From: Camelus dromedarius | Lineage: Eukaryota | DNA length: 64,000 bases | Assembly (NCBI RefSeq): GCF_036321535.1 | Contig: NC_087437.1 | Span: forward strand, 44,084,001 to 44,148,000 | Direction of reading: 5' to 3' | Part shown: in pieces, positions 13,495 to 27,629 of the stretch | Position numbering within the stretch: the stretch's first letter is position 1 | Layout: each line of letters starts with the position of its first letter | Translations under genes and position numbers: made by a program | The notes under the pieces: generated by a model | What the model saw: the letters and a program-made list of their open reading frames with translations, nothing else | Told to the model about the DNA's origin: nothing | Database searches by the model: none

Positions 13495-16400
13495 GAAAAA
13501 AGAAAGCTAGCTCCATTTCTGGTATAATTTTTCAGTTTCCCCCAAATTTTAGGATCTTTCACAATCTTGCCTTTGTATTATATTATAGCTTTAACTGATG
13601 CCTCAAATCAGTTATCTTTGTTTGAGATTACCTCTTCAAAAAAAAAAAAAAACCAGCTAAAATTGCAAGTTAAAAACAAAATCTGACAGTTAAGAATAAG
13701 ATGATACCTACTTCCAGGGAGTAAGAGATAACAGCAAGCATAGCTAGAATATTCATTTTGAGTTGGCCTTGATAAAATAAGTCCTCTCTATCTACAGTAT
13801 AAATATCCTCCAGTTTAAATTGTCAGTTTAAAGGGCTTGCCAATGCATTTTTTAAACTTAGCAGAGATTTGGATTGATTTATGTAAGATAAAAATAGTTA
13901 CTTTATCTTTACATGACAAAATGTGTCATAAGCATTGAAATATGATGGTTCATCTTGAGTCAATGGAACCAATGCACTTATAAGGTGTTTACAAGGATAA
14001 CAGTGTCCTTAAGTACATAAGCACTTAGTGCCTCATGATGGATGTAAGTTTTTAGAGAAATAAAGAGTATCCCAATTTATTTTATCTTGCCATATTCTTT
14101 TCTCTTATGAGAATAGAATAATTTATTTCTATTGCTATAAGATGATTTATTATAATAATCATATGTATCATCTGATAATTTGTTTCTTTTTAATGAAATC
14201 CTTTCTATTGGTTTTCATATATGAAAACTGAATTGAAATGGCTTTTATTTGTTAACAATACAAGCCAGTTAGAGACTAGTCATGGTAAATAACCTCTGGC
14301 CAGAATTGGGTTCCTTTGGGTTATTTAATAATAGGTTTTTACAGTATATTTTATAGATTATTTTATTCACTTTGATTCAGAAAACACTTACTGGCCAATA
14401 ATACAGGGTGGATATCCTACTATGATCTTGGTAAACTCTGAGAATAAGCCACAAGTCACCACCAAAGCTCTGGTCAAATCATTTGTTTATTGGCAGTTCT
14501 GAGTAGTAGTAAGTTACAGTTCTGAAGTCATCCAGAAGCACTGGCTGTATTGTACAACATTTAACCAATAAGTGTAGATAGTCCCTTCCAATTATAAAAC
14601 AGAACAACAAAAAATAAAATAAAATCTAAGTATTTTAAAAAACTTGATTTATAACAAATTTATTTCTATGGCTAGCTTTCTTATAAAGAGAGCATAATTT
14701 AAATAATTATACCAACTAAGACTGTTTTGTTGCTTTGAAAAAGGATTTATACTAGTCCTGAATTTTTCCAGCTCTTATCAACTGAGGCACAAAAGTACAT
14801 AATCCAACTGGATGCTTTTATATCTGCATAGGAGGGATTTGAATTGTGCAAGTTGAAAGATACACTTGAGCCCATTCAGATTCAAAATGCTGCTACCTTT
14901 ATCCTCAAAGAAATTATTTGGTTTAACAATAGCTTTCCTTTTATAAGGAGGAAAAATAAAGCTTGGAAGTATCTAATGTTAATATAATGATTCTAATACA
15001 ATTACAGTTGCTGAGCAACTGGAGAGAATATGAGAAGTTCAAGCTCCAGAGTAGCAGGAAGCCCAGTTTTTAGTAGTTGCGGATTCATTTCCTTCCTTTT
15101 CAAAGCAGAGTTATATGAAAAAAAAGTTGATTTTATGAGAATTTTAGGTATATTTAATGTTTGATGACAAACAGGTTAATTTCAGAGAATGACAACCTTC
15201 TGCCCAATGTAACTGCTCTAGTATGTACTCAGTAAATCATGTCAAATGACATTAACAACTTTACTTTATTCTCTCTTTAGTTTTAGAAGGACTAGACAAA
15301 ACTTACGGTTTTATAAAATAAAATTATTGATTTTATAAAGCCCAATCTGTATATTATTATAATCTTCTGCCATGTTTATTATTTATATGTTAGCCCTGTT
15401 AATATATAGGATGAGGAATGGGAGACAATAGAGAAAATACTAGAATGAAATAAAAGAAAATGAGTAGTTTTCTACATGTATGGGTGTTCAATTGCTGGAG
15501 TCTGATAACAATTCTCTTTCAGAGTCATTGGTTGGTTGCAAACCGAGGGTATCTTTTCTGTCCTTAAATTTTACCATCATAGACAAATATGCTCTGCATA
15601 GAGGCTGGCAAATGCTAGAAACTGTGGTTCTTCCCATGCATCTCTATCCAATTTAAAGTTTTGATTTTAAAAAGATCTTTATTTTTCATTATTTTTATTA
15701 ACACAGCAATTTAATGATATTTGAGTTGTTGAGAAATCAGGTAGTGAGTATCTGATAGCCTTAACGTGGTTAAGATACTGATTCCTTAATATTTTTACTC
15801 TCTTGACTTGGAGTTTTATTGCTTATTAGAAAACCAGAATTATAATCTATGGAAAATGAATGTTCTTATGAGGAAATTTACAACATGGAAAAATTAAACA
15901 ATGAATTTATAAATAAATGAATAATAGATTTTTCTAACACTAGGGGAAGAGCTTTCTCTAATCATTTAATTTAAAAGCTGAAATTGCTAGCCCAGCATTT
16001 TTAATGTGATTATTTAAATGTACTGTAATAGTGTGCCTAGTTGTTTGAGTATATGTGTATTATTTCCTGAAACATTTTTATTTTCTGAGAATAATCTAAT
16101 TCTTAAAAATTGGCATTTCTTCATCTAATGGAGAAAAAATAGCTGTGCATGCGATATCCGTGTTATCACTACTATCTCTCTGTCGTTTTCTCTTTTTTTA
16201 ACTTTTTAGGGGTTGTCTCAAAGCAGAAGGGTAGAATGGTTGTAAAATATGGGATTCAGTGTACTTTTTGGACAACTATGGAGTCATGACATTTCTAGAT
16301 CTAGATTCTTGCCTAGACATAGTTTTTTAAACAATTGTTCTATTAATTAAATCCTGTGAGCTCAACTGGGGAAGCAGGTAATGACTTGTAGGAATCCATC

Positions 16401-16509
16401 CAACTCTGAGACTTTGTGAAGTATGTTTGAACTGAAATTATTTGCCTAAAGAAGATCAAAGCTTACTGTTTTCTTTTTGCTGTTGATACAATTTGTAGGC
16501 AGATATTTG

Positions 16510-17380
16510 GAATGTTTTCACTTTTGGCTGTTATTAACATTCATGGAAAAACTTTTGTGTGGACATATGAACATTTGTGCACACATTTTTAGATGGATAT
16601 ATATTTTTATTTATCTTTATTTTCAATATACCTAGGAGTGGAATTGTTGGATCATATAATAGGTCTGTCTGATGTTTTAAGGAGCTGCCAAGTTGTGTTC
16701 AAAAGTGATTGTACTATTTACATTACATTAATGTATGGAAATACCAATTTCTCTACGTCCTCACCAACAGTTGTTATTGTATGTCTTGTTTATTATAGCC
16801 ATACTAGTGAGTATGAAAGTGTGAAGTGCTACTTCATAGTGATTTTTGACTTGGATTTTCACAATAGTTAATGATATCAAGCATTTTTTTTTAATGGGCT
16901 TATTGGTCTTTTGTATATTTTCTTTGGAGAGATACTGATTCAGATCCTCTAAATGGTAATTAAGGTTAAATGAGGTCACATGGGTGGGTCATAATCTTAC
17001 GACCAGTGTCCTTATATATGAGGGAGAGTCACCGAGGATGCTTGCTTCCTCTCTCTTTCAGTCTCTCTAGTTGCATGTGCCAAGGAAAGATGTGAGGGTA
17101 CAGTGAGAAGTGGGCAAGCCAAGGAGAGAGATCTCAGGAAATACCAAGTACTGGTACCTTGATCTTGGGCTTCTAGCTTCCAGAACTGTGAGAAATAAAT
17201 TTCTGTTGTTTAAGCTGCCTAGTCTATGGTATCTTGTTTTAGCAGCTGTAGCAGACTAGTACATCCCATATCAGATATATAATTTACAAATTTATTTTCC
17301 CACTTCACGAGTTGTCTTTCCACTTTCTTCATGGTATTGTTTGTAGTACGAAAGCGTTTTTATTTTGATATATTCAATTT

Positions 17381-17413
<33 letters not shown>

Positions 17414-17890
17414 TGGTCACTTGTGCTTTTGGTATTGTATTTTAAAAACTATTGCCTAATCCAAGGTCATGGAGATTTATTTCTATAGTTTGTTTTAAGA
17501 GTCTTGTAGTTTCAGTTCTAGCAGTTAGGTCTATAATCCAAATTGAGTTAATATGTGTATGTTGCATAAGGTAGAGGTCCAACTTCATTCTTTTGCATCT
17601 GGATAACCAGTTGTCCCAGCACAACTTATTGAAAAGACTATTTTTTTCCCTATTGCATTGTCTTGGCATCCTCATCGAAAATTAACTGACCATAACTGTA
17701 TGGATTATTTCTGGACTTTCAATTCCATTCCATTAATTCATACATCTATCCATACACCAGTACAGTCTTGATTATTGTAACTTTGCAGTTAGTTTTGACA
17801 TTGAGAAGTGTGAATCCTACAAACTTATCCTTTCTTTTCATGATTTTTTTGACTACTCTAGGTCTGCTGAATTTCCATTTGAATTTTAAT
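16510..17890 (-). mobile_element. Old L1M (ORF2 3' half), interrupted by MLT1A
   Basis: Minus-strand ORFs 17442-17675 (SLFNKLCWDNWLSRCKRMKLDLYL) and 17746-17958 are degenerate L1 ORF2. Confidence 0.9.
16950..17263 (+). mobile_element. MaLR LTR (MLT1A-like), 5' part missing
   Basis: 'aattaaggttaaatgaggtc...ccagaactgtgagaaataaatttctgttgtttaagc...gcagactagtaca'. Confidence 0.85.
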
Positions 17891-18079
17891 TTAATTTCAC
17901 TGTTTTTCTCTTGTAAGTTTTCAGTATCAAAGTCTATATCTACATTTATTAAGTACAATATATTATTTTAAATTGTATCATAATACATATTGATCTTTAT
18001 CATGTGCAAAGTGAATTCTCAGTTATTCAGGCTGATTTCAGCTGAGTTACAATGTGAATACCCCCTTCCCTGCTGAGTT

Positions 18080-18330
18080 TTATTCCTGCATTCAACAGTA
18101 ATTATTGTTCTCCTACTTGGTGCAATCCCATGCCAACCGTTGAGGATACAATGTAAACAAAACCAGCAGGGTTTGTTCTTTTATGAAGTTTACAGTATTG
18201 TATGGAGACAAACATTAAACAAATGACCCAAAACTAAATGTATAATTACTTATTGAGATAAGTGCTGTAAATAAAATACAAGATATGAAACAATGAAATT
18301 AAATCTTATTGAATATGGGAGAGGGAGTGA
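18080..18330 (-). mobile_element. L2 fragment
   Basis: 'cattcaacagtaattattg...gaggatacaatgtaaacaaaac...gaagtttacagt...gataagtgctgt'. Confidence 0.7.
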
Positions 18331-18764
18331 AAATTGCTTATCATCCATGATTACCCTTGAAAAAATCTCTTAATGGGCTGTAAATTTTGATATACCTAAC
18401 TCCTGTAGATAATGGTGTACAGAAATTTTATGGCATGGACTCTGAATTAGACTAAAGAAAGGAATAAAATGGAAAATTTATATGTGGATGTTAGGACTAT
18501 GAAAAAAATAACTCTGTAATTCATAGGATAGAATGAATGGATAATTCTAAACTATTACTGCTTTCCAGAAGGATTTACTCTTTTTCATGTGACATTAAGA
18601 CTAATTCATGTTAATATATTTAATAGATTTGCATATTGTGAAGGTTAAACAAGATGCTATGTTCATCTAATTTGCCTTAGGTTTTAAATTCTCTAATTAC
18701 ATGTAAGAGATGTTCAAATTCTGCCTATGCCAATTGGGAAATTAGTTGATCTTTCTATTTTTCA

Positions 18765-18900
18765 TTTTTTCAATTATTAAAAGCGGCAGTAATCACAGTC
18801 CTTGCCTAATAGTGTATTTGCTAGGGTTAAAAATGAGATAACACAAATAAGGATTTTAGCATAGCATCTGGCACATATTAGGACTCAGTAAACGTTAGCC
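18765..18900 (+). mobile_element. MIR SINE 3' part
   Basis: 'aaatgagataac...ttagcatagcatctggcacatattaggactcagtaaacgttagc'. Confidence 0.75.
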
Positions 18901-19881
18901 ACATCTATTAGTAATTAATTTGTGGAATCTTTTTGACTGTCAACATGGGAAAAGTTAGAAAAGTTAAAACCAAGAGTAGTTGCTTCCTACTTCGTTAATG
19001 AATCTAGGACTGGACAAAATGAGATTTGAAGAATGATGGGTATTTCATAGATATACAATTCTTCCTGTTTTTACTATCCTAGATATTGGTAAGAAAAAGG
19101 ATAAATCTCAAAGGATTACTTAGTTGCTCTAATATTATGGTGATTAACTGTTTTTTGTCTGTTAGTTTGTTTCAGTGTAGTACATCTAAACATGACTTGT
19201 TAATTACTGTCCAGCATTGCCTGAAACAGTTTGGTATAAGAACATTACATTTTAACACTATGTATGCTATCTTATTAACTGATGATACCCATCAAGTCTT
19301 TTCTTGTTTCAGTAATAAGATTTCTTATTAACATATCAGGAATTATTATGTATCAGTTTAAGTCTATTTTGTCAAGCTTCCATTGTGCCATTTTTTTAAA
19401 CCTTTAATCACAAATTTTCCTTAAGCATTTTGTTACAAAACATAATCAACTCACTGTGAAATAGACACCATTGGAGAACCCAACAAATTGTTTCATCAAA
19501 GTTTGCCATCTTAGACTATATTTATATTTTGAAAACAAAGAAAAATATAAGGCAATTCATAACCATCCAAGAAAAAGTCCTGCTTCAGTTGTGTAGGCAT
19601 TTTATGGAAAAGTATCTTTTGACCTATTTCATATGACTACCCTAGTTCTCTGTAATCTATATCTAGCCTGAATTATCCTATTAATTATCAAAGCTATTAA
19701 ACTAATTTTGTTTCTGATAACATATCAGTATCTTTACTGCCTTTGTAGCTGCAGTAATTATTCCCCATTATGGAAGTTTATAGTTTAAAATCATTGTTTG
19801 AGGTTAACCATAGCAGCCTTCATGTACTTACTGGATGATGAATTAGTTATTAGGCCTTTCCATATATTATCACTGATTCTT

Positions 19882-20270
19882 TGTCACAGGTTGACCTCCT
19901 CCCAAAGCTGACTCCAGCACAGTTTAGGGTACATGATGTTTAGAAAGGAGTGCCCTGAGGTTCAACACCTGTGAAAGGGAGAAAAGGAAGCAGGAGTGGG
20001 CCAAAGAAGTTACTACTCTATAGTCCCAACAGCAGTTGTTGCCAACACCACAGGGAGATCTGGAGCTAGAACAGCCCTGGAGAGTTTTCCTGAGTCAGGC
20101 CTAAAAGAGCAAAACTTTTTTGTCCATGTTAAGTCTGTCATTTGATGTGGGACACCCAGGATATCCCTGTGGGCTACGTGATTCTCTACCTTTAAGTCTA
20201 ACCTTTGAAGGGACTGACAGCTGAAGGCTGTTTGCTAGCAGCACTCTCAGAAATGGGGGCCACAGGCCCT
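19882..20270 (-). mobile_element. Ancient ERVL LTR (LTR41/LTR33-group-like)
   Basis: 'tgtcacaggttg...tcaacacctgtgaaaggg...gaagcaggagtgggc...tctggagctag' resembles this LTR group; subfamily uncertain. Confidence 0.6.
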
Positions 20271-20294
20271 TTCTAAACTCTTTTAAATCTAATT

Positions 20295-21940
20295 TTTTTT
20301 CACTTTTTTCTTCCAGTTTTATTGAGATATAATTGATTTACAGCAATGTATCAGTTTAAGGTGCACAGGATAATGATTTAACTTACATGTATCATGAAAT
20401 GTTCACCACAGTAAGTTTAGTGAACATCCATCGTCTCATATAGATACAAAAGAAAAGAAAAGGAAAAACAGAGTTTTATTTTGTGATGAGAAATCCTAGG
20501 ATTTACTCTCTTAATGACTTTCATATATAACATACAGCAGTGCTAATTATATTAATCATGTTGTACCTTACATCCCTTTTCTTTATTCATCTTATAACTG
20601 GAAGTTTGTACCTTTTGACTATCTTCATCAAACCCCCCTCCCTCTACTCTAACCTCAGGTACCCACAAATCTGATCTCTTTTTCTATAAATTTCTTTTTG
20701 TGTTTGGTTTTAAAGTATGATTGAGCTACAACACTGGTACACAACATGATGATTCAATTGTTCTCTACATGACAAAATGATTACCATAAGTCTAGTACAT
20801 TTCATACCTGTGACTCATTTATTTTATAATTGGAATTTTAAACCTCTTAATCTTCTCCAGCTGCTTCTCTCATTCCCCCATGCCACTCCTTTCTAAAAAC
20901 CACCTGCTTGTTCTCTATATCTATGACATTGTTTCTGTTTTGTTATGTTTGCTCATTTATTTTGATTTTTAGATTCCATATATAAGTGAAATCATATGGT
21001 ATATGTCTTTCTCTGTCTGACTTATTTTGCTTAGCATACTTCCCTCTTGGTCCAACCATGTTGTCCCAAATGGCAAGATTTTATTATTTTTTATTACTGA
21101 GTAATATTCTATTGTATGTGTATCTCCATCTTTAACCATTCGTCTATTGATGGGCACTTAGGTTGCTTCCATATCTTAGCTATTGTAAATAATGCTTCAA
21201 TGAACATTGGGGTGCATATATCTTTAAGAATGAGTGTTTTTATTTTCTTCAGATAAACACTGAGGAGTGGAATTTCTGAATTGTATGGTAGTTCTATTTT
21301 TTATTTTTTGAGGAACCTTCATACTGTTTTCCATACTGGCTGCACCAATTTGCATTCCCAGCACAGTGAACAAGGGTTCCCTTTTCTCCATGTCCTGCCA
21401 ACACTTGTTATTTGTTGTCTTTTTGATAATAGCCATTCTAATAGGTGTGAAGTAATATCTCATCGTGGTTTTGATTTGCATTTCCCTAATGATTAGTGAT
21501 GTTGAGCATTTTTTCATGTGCCTGTTGGCCGTCTGTATGTCTTCTTTGGAAAAATGCCTATTCAGGTCCTCTGCCTATTTTTAGTTGGGTTGTTTATTTT
21601 TATTGATGTTGATTTTCTATATTTTGGATATTAATCCCTATCAGATATATAATTTGCAAATATCTTCTCTCATTCAGTAGTTGACCGTTTTGTTTTGTTG
21701 ATAGTTTCCTTTGCTGTACAAAAGCTTTGTAGTTTGTAGTCCATTTGTTTGTATTTGCTTCTGTGTCCATTGCCTGAGGAGACATATCCCCCAAAATATT
21801 GCTAAGACCAATGTCAATATACTGCTTATATTTTCCTCTAGAAGTTTTATGGTTTTAGAATTTATAAAGTCTTTAATCCATTTTGAGTTTATTTTTGAAT
21901 ATGGTGTGAGAAATTAGTCCAGTTTGATTTTTTTTTTGAC
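20295..21940 (-). mobile_element. 5'-truncated L1 (L1MA9-like): 3' UTR plus ORF2 C-terminus
   Basis: ORF 21224-21517 ([40 protein letters not shown]) is the L1 ORF2 C-terminal cysteine-rich region; T-rich tail near 20295. Confidence 0.95.
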
Positions 21941-22019
21941 ATGAAGTATTAGAGTTGTTTCTGATTCCAAAAGAATCAAGTATTTTCTTGATTATGGATC
22001 ACAGATTTAGCAATCCAGC

Positions 22020-22176
22020 AAATTCTGTGTGAAAAATATTAGTATCCCAATTTTTCAGAGAGCAAAACTGAGATTTGTCCAGTTGCACAGATAATAGTTA
22101 CCTGAAAATGGGATTCAAAGCTAGGATTATCTGACTCCAGAACCCTATACTTTCCATTGTACTTCATTGCTTTCTT
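22020..22176 (-). mobile_element. MIR
   Basis: 'atcccaatttttcagagagcaaaactgag...gggattcaaagctaggattatctgactccaga'. Confidence 0.75.
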
Positions 22177-22369
22177 AGGTTTTTGTGTGGTGATAGAGTT
22201 TTGAGAAAGATACCAGTTTTTTTCAAGCTACATATATCTAAATATCTTCCTACTGGTTCAAGTATAGCTAACTTACATAGTCCTTTTATTCTGCGTTACA
22301 GTGTATAGTATATTTTCTCAGATATATAATATGATCAGACAATGTTATGTGTTCCTATAGCCATTTGGT

Positions 22370-22510
22370 AAACAATGAAGGATAAGCATCATTATTTCCA
22401 ATTATAGATTAGAGAACAGACACAAAAGTGATTAGGTGATTGTACTCAGTCACAAGATAAATCAAAAAACTTGAAATTGAGCTTAAGTGTTCTAAGTCCA
22501 GAGTATGGAC
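22370..22510 (-). mobile_element. MIR (degenerate)
   Basis: 'attatttccaattatagattagagaacagacac...ggtgattgtactcagtcaca'. Confidence 0.55.
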
Positions 22511-24407
22511 ACAGTACTCTTCATTAAGAATTCATTCGTTAGGAATGTGCTTGTGTGTTTTAGTGTTTCAGCCATTAGAAGATTTGAAATTTTATTAGCT
22601 CATGTACTAGGTCTTTATGAAGTGCTCCTTTAATTGAATAAGAACCTATCTCTTATATCAGCATTTTTACTACCCTACTTTTTTTCCTTCGTGAATACCA
22701 TAATAGTCTTCCTTTGAAATATTCAACTTCTGCTTCTCGTTAGCAAAAACGTATACAGAAATTGCACACTGAAGTGAAAGAACACTAATAACTCTATTGG
22801 ATAGACTTACATTTGTTAGTAATAGGTTCTGGTTTCTGCCCATACAATGCACTCAACTGTGTCCGAGTCAAAGCAAAAGGATAATAGCCACCCCATTTTA
22901 TCAGATATGACATTCACTGTATGCAGAATTTAATTTGTGTTAAAATATTCTTCTGTTTTGCTTGTTCACTGTATATATTTTTCTTTTATAATTTGCTTGT
23001 GCTACATGTGGCCATGCTAATAACTTCAGTAAGTCTTTTTCCATGAATTTGTAGTTTGCAATTATATGTAAATAGTCCAAATACTACAAGTAGAAATGAG
23101 CAGAACAGATTTTAACAATAAAAACTTTCTTTCTTTTTCTCATTCTCTTTTGCATATAATTTTTTTAATATTGGGCCTTACTTTTTGTTTCCTTTTAAGC
23201 TAGACTATGTAGGTAATTACTGAGATTCGAAACATTCTCATAAAGATAACTTCAATTAAAATAAATCTGAAATGAGAGTTAAATTTCTGTGTAGCCTTTA
23301 AGTTAAAAATAATACTTTGCTTATCTCTTTTTATTTCCATTGTTTTATACATACACACATGCACACACAATAGCAGCAGTGGAATTCATCACTAACATGA
23401 AGCCCAAACTAAGTTACTATGTGGTTTCCTCCAAGGCATAGAATTTTATATTTGTCCACTAAAAATACCTGCCTTCTGAATTTTTGTATTGGTGCATAAT
23501 CCTTAAAAAGAAATGACTATACTTCAATTAAAAGAAAAAAACAGATTTACATGAAATGTGCAGGGTTCTTTTTTAGAATGTGGAAACATTAATGGAAAAC
23601 AAATAATTTGATGTTTTGAATTTTCTAAGGATTAATAAAAAAATACAAATTATAATTCCAATGTACAGTTAACATTTAACATAAATTCATTAGAGGAGTT
23701 AACATATATGAAATAACAAAATAGAATATGAATTCATTCTTCATGATATAAAAGTTAGAGGTCAAAAAAATCATTAAACAAGACTTCACTGTATCTGACT
23801 TGAAATGTTCTTGGAAGGTGTTACGTGGCTATTCAGTTCTGCTAATATAATATGCAGAGACACAAATGGTCAAATTAAAGAAAAGACAAAAAGAAGTCAA
23901 AACTATTTTCTAGCAGACTTCAAAAATTTTTAGGATACCTCCATTTATGAAAATAAGTGAGCCAGATATTGTATTCAATAAATATTGCATCATAGAATTG
24001 AGAAAATTCTGCAAAAGAAAGTCATTAGAACAGCTCCCCTTTTTGAAGAGGCATGGTAAATTAGTTAAGCTTGCTGAAGCTCCCAGCCTTTCAGAAATCT
24101 GGCTATCACTTTTGATACCTTTATCATTACACATTTCCACTTGGTGGATTATTTTCTCCTATAAAGAAGCATCTCTAGTTATTTAATGGAAGATGATGGA
24201 AAACCAGGATTTGCTTTAGAGAAAGCTTTAATAATCTACTTTCAAAAATTATATTCATTAAAAAAAGTAAAAAATGTTGTGTGTGGTGGTGGTGATATGG
24301 GGGTGTCTGTGTTTGTGTATGTGTGTTTTTATGTATTTATGTTTATGTAATCCATCTATACTTTGAGACCTTCAGCTTGTGTGTTATGAGTTTTTAAAAT
24401 GATATTT

Positions 24408-24492
24408 AAAAGTATAATTTATAAAATAAATTAAAAAATTTAAAAAATTTTAAAAAATTTTTAAAAAGATTTTTAAAAAAGTATAATGTATA
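24408..24492 (+). repeat. A/T-rich tail flanked by a 16-bp direct repeat
   Basis: aaaagtataatttata (24408-24423) and aaaagtataatgtata (24477-24492). Confidence 0.8.
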
Positions 24493-26548
24493 CAACCACA
24501 GCTGTCTGTAAACCTTTGCTCATATATGTTGACCAATTATGTCTCTTATTTTATTTTTTTCAACTGCACATTTACCTCATGGGGCCCCAGTAATTTTGAA
24601 AAGTTGAATGAGTGTTAAATAAGTAAATAAATATTTTGCATGGAGGTAATTTTTAAAAGCTGACTAAAATCAATATTGTAAACTTGAAGCAGGTAGGAAA
24701 TCAAAATGAGCAATATAATATGTAGTCAGATATGGAAATGGTACTAGGGATATATCTGTATTCTCCATTTGCATTAAAAATGTCCTGGACTATAGTTTTC
24801 CTTTTGGTTGTTACAATATAGTAGCAGCAGCTTCTACTGTGTGAAAGTAGCAAAATTTATGTATATAGACAATGAAATTTCTGTCCAGCACACTAGGATG
24901 TAACCTAAAATAATATGGCAAAAACCTAGGGCTCTATCTTTGAATTATTAATATTTTCAGATTCTACCAATTTCACTTTATAATAGCACAATAAAATGCT
25001 TTGAATGTTCACCTTTCTATAGTGACCGAATGCTTATAGAGGTCCCAAGAATTTTCAGTCAAGTCTTTACAATGAGTCAATTTATACAAAATATTTTCAC
25101 AGCATCATATTCAAGTAAGTGACATGATACATAACTTAGAAAAGAAGCACTGGAAAATAGATTGACATTTTATATTAGCATAACAATTAAAGAGGGTAAA
25201 TAGATAATATTTTAAGTAGTATATAAGTTAGTTGACATTTCTTGGACTTCTCTACCAATTTTATAAAACTACTTATTTTCCTGAATCATATTTTCCTGAG
25301 TCTTATCTGTACAGATATTACTACCAGCCAGGTAACATTCCTATCTCCATAGTTACTAACCCTTTTGCTTTTAAAATGGTTAAAGTAGAAAACAACATAT
25401 ATTAAGTTCTCAGAGTTTTATGTAAGTATATAGTATTAAATATTTCTTCAACAGATATTTAGTGTCTAATATAGGGAAAGCATGACCTTTGCCCTTCTCT
25501 GCCATCCCCACCCCATTGTACTGCATTGTAATGAGAGCTATTTCTCATGGAAGTTTAATCACAATGTGAATGTTGTGGGCACAGAGGAAAGGCTGAAAAC
25601 TATCAGTCTGGGTAAATATTTAAGTGTATCTTGTGCATGATTTTTATGTATGGGATCCTACAAGTTTATCTTCTTTAGGCCAACTTAGTGGAACAATTAA
25701 GGGCCATTTTGTGAAGTGAGATGAAAGGATGCTAGGCTTTTATATTGATTCCAGAAGTCCCAAGACAGCATAAGGTCATTTAAAGTTATTTGAAGGGGCG
25801 TTACCAGCACTTCGATTAGAACTTGAGTCTTGTGTTCGTTTGTGGATTTTGATTCTATTTGGGTGACAATTTCAGCAAGTTCATTTGGGGGATTCAAAAT
25901 GAACCTTATTAAGGATATTTTCATCTTCCACAAATACACAAAATATACAAAAATGTGTCCTCCTATACTCTGATGATATAATTTATATGTGTGTGTGTCT
26001 AGGAATTATGCTAATAATCATGTCCAGTTTAACTACTACTATTAGTAATAATTCTTTAACATCAATTATTCTGAAACAAAAGTAATTTTTGGCAGCTATC
26101 TTCCAAAATGTAATTGGCTTACATATAATTATACATCAGGTCAACTCTTTCCATTACTTAGAGTATATTTTGCAATTTATTCATCCTGGAATTTTGACTG
26201 CAAAGCTATATTTCTCACGAAGAGGTGGTCTATGGGTACATTGTTCAAAAAAATTTTTATGCCTTAGACAAATGTGTGGTAATTCCAGCTTCAATAATTA
26301 TCCAAGATGAAAAAGAGTCAGACATGCCCTATGACATTTCGTAAGATGTATTTCTACCACGTGTTGAATATGTTTCATACGATTTGTCGTTAGGAGATAG
26401 AAAATACAAAATTGAGTTTTCTTTGGCTTGTGCGGGAGGGGAACCAAACTATTTTAAGAGTTTTGACCCACGTTTTAGAACATCCTTGGGCTCAGCTGTT
26501 TGCAGAAGTAAGTGGCTGTCCATTCAGCAAGGATGTCAGTTTAGGCAA

Positions 26549-26939
26549 TGTATTAACTTGCTAGGGCAGCTGTAACAAAAGTACCTTAGACTACGACAGA
26601 AAGTGCTTTTCTCAAGTTCTGGAGGCTAGAAGTCTCAGACCAAGAGGATCAGCAGGGCTGGTTCCTTCTGAGGACCATGAGGGAAAGATCTGTTCCAGGC
26701 CTCTCTCTTTGGCTTGCAGGTGGCTGTGTTCTCCCTGTGTCTTCACCTGGTCTTCCCTCAGTCTGTGTCTATGTCCAAATCTCCTCTTTTTATAAGAATA
26801 CGAGTCATATTGGATTTGGCCCATTTTAACATAAACACTTCTGTAAAGAAAGACCCTATCTCCAAGTCAGGTCACATTCTGAGATACTGGTTAGAACTTC
26901 AACATGAATTTTTTGAGGGGACATAATTCAGTCCAAAGA
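26549..26939 (-). mobile_element. MaLR LTR (MLT1B-like)
   Basis: 'tgtattaacttgctagggcagctgtaacaaaagtacc...gttctggaggctagaagtc...ggggacataattcagtcc'. Confidence 0.9.
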
Positions 26940-27114
26940 ATCTATTTACCACTCATGTAAAAGGTTGTTTTATGGTTATATTTTTCAATCTTTTAGAAAC
27001 TTTCCAAAGAATGAGAATTTTTTTCCAGAATATTTTCTGTTACCTTTAAAACACTATAGTAGGAAAAATTCCCTAAGTTCTCTAACAGTGGTTTTGAACC
27101 CAGTCGTCTTATTA

Positions 27115-27238
27115 AAGTCAGCACTAGAGCTGAAGAGAGAAAAACTTGGCTGATTTTAGTCCGGGCTCAGCCATTAACCACTGAATTTGCCCTGGTGACA
27201 CTATTTAATAATTTGTGCTTCAATTCTTCATCTAGAAA
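27115..27238 (+). mobile_element. MIR 5' part
   Basis: 'ttttagtccgggctcagccattaaccactg...tgtgcttcaattcttcatctagaaa'. Confidence 0.55.
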
Positions 27239-27242
27239 GAAA

Positions 27243-27425
27243 GTCTGTGTCCAAATTTACTCTTCTTATAAGGACATCAATTGTGTTGGATTAGGGCCCA
27301 CATTAATGAACTCATTTTAACTTACTTACCTTTGTAAAGACCCATTCTCCAGATGTGGTCATATTCTGAGGTACTGAGGGTTAGGACTTCAACATATGGT
27401 TTTTGAGGGAGATATAATTCAGCAT
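27243..27425 (-). mobile_element. MLT1B-like LTR fragment
   Basis: 'gtctgtgtccaaattt...cttataaggacatc...ggattagggccca...ggttaggacttcaacatatg'. Confidence 0.85.
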
Positions 27426-27629
27426 TCAAATGCAAAGCAGACATTTAGACCTGTAAATTATTTTAAAAATTTGGGCCTATTAATTTTCCTGTTCATTGGC
27501 AAGATATATGGCTGTGGACTGTGATTAAATGTCTTTAGATGGTATGACATACAACAAGCACCTCAGTGATTAGATAGATAGATAGATATTCTCTCTCTCC
27601 AAATATGTACATATATATGTTGGCTATAT

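Noticed and set aside
21224..21517. ORF with clear protein homology
   Set aside because: Frameshifted L1 ORF2 remnant, not a host gene.
23900..26000. Overlapping ORFs near 23.9-24.2 kb and 25.7-25.9 kb as possible exons or processed pseudogenes
   Set aside because: No recognisable protein match, poly(A)/TSD or convincing paired splice sites.
26760..27425. Two similar ~180-bp segments that look like a local duplication
   Set aside because: Both are the same part of the abundant MLT1B-like LTR and differ by indels; independent copies are the simpler explanation.
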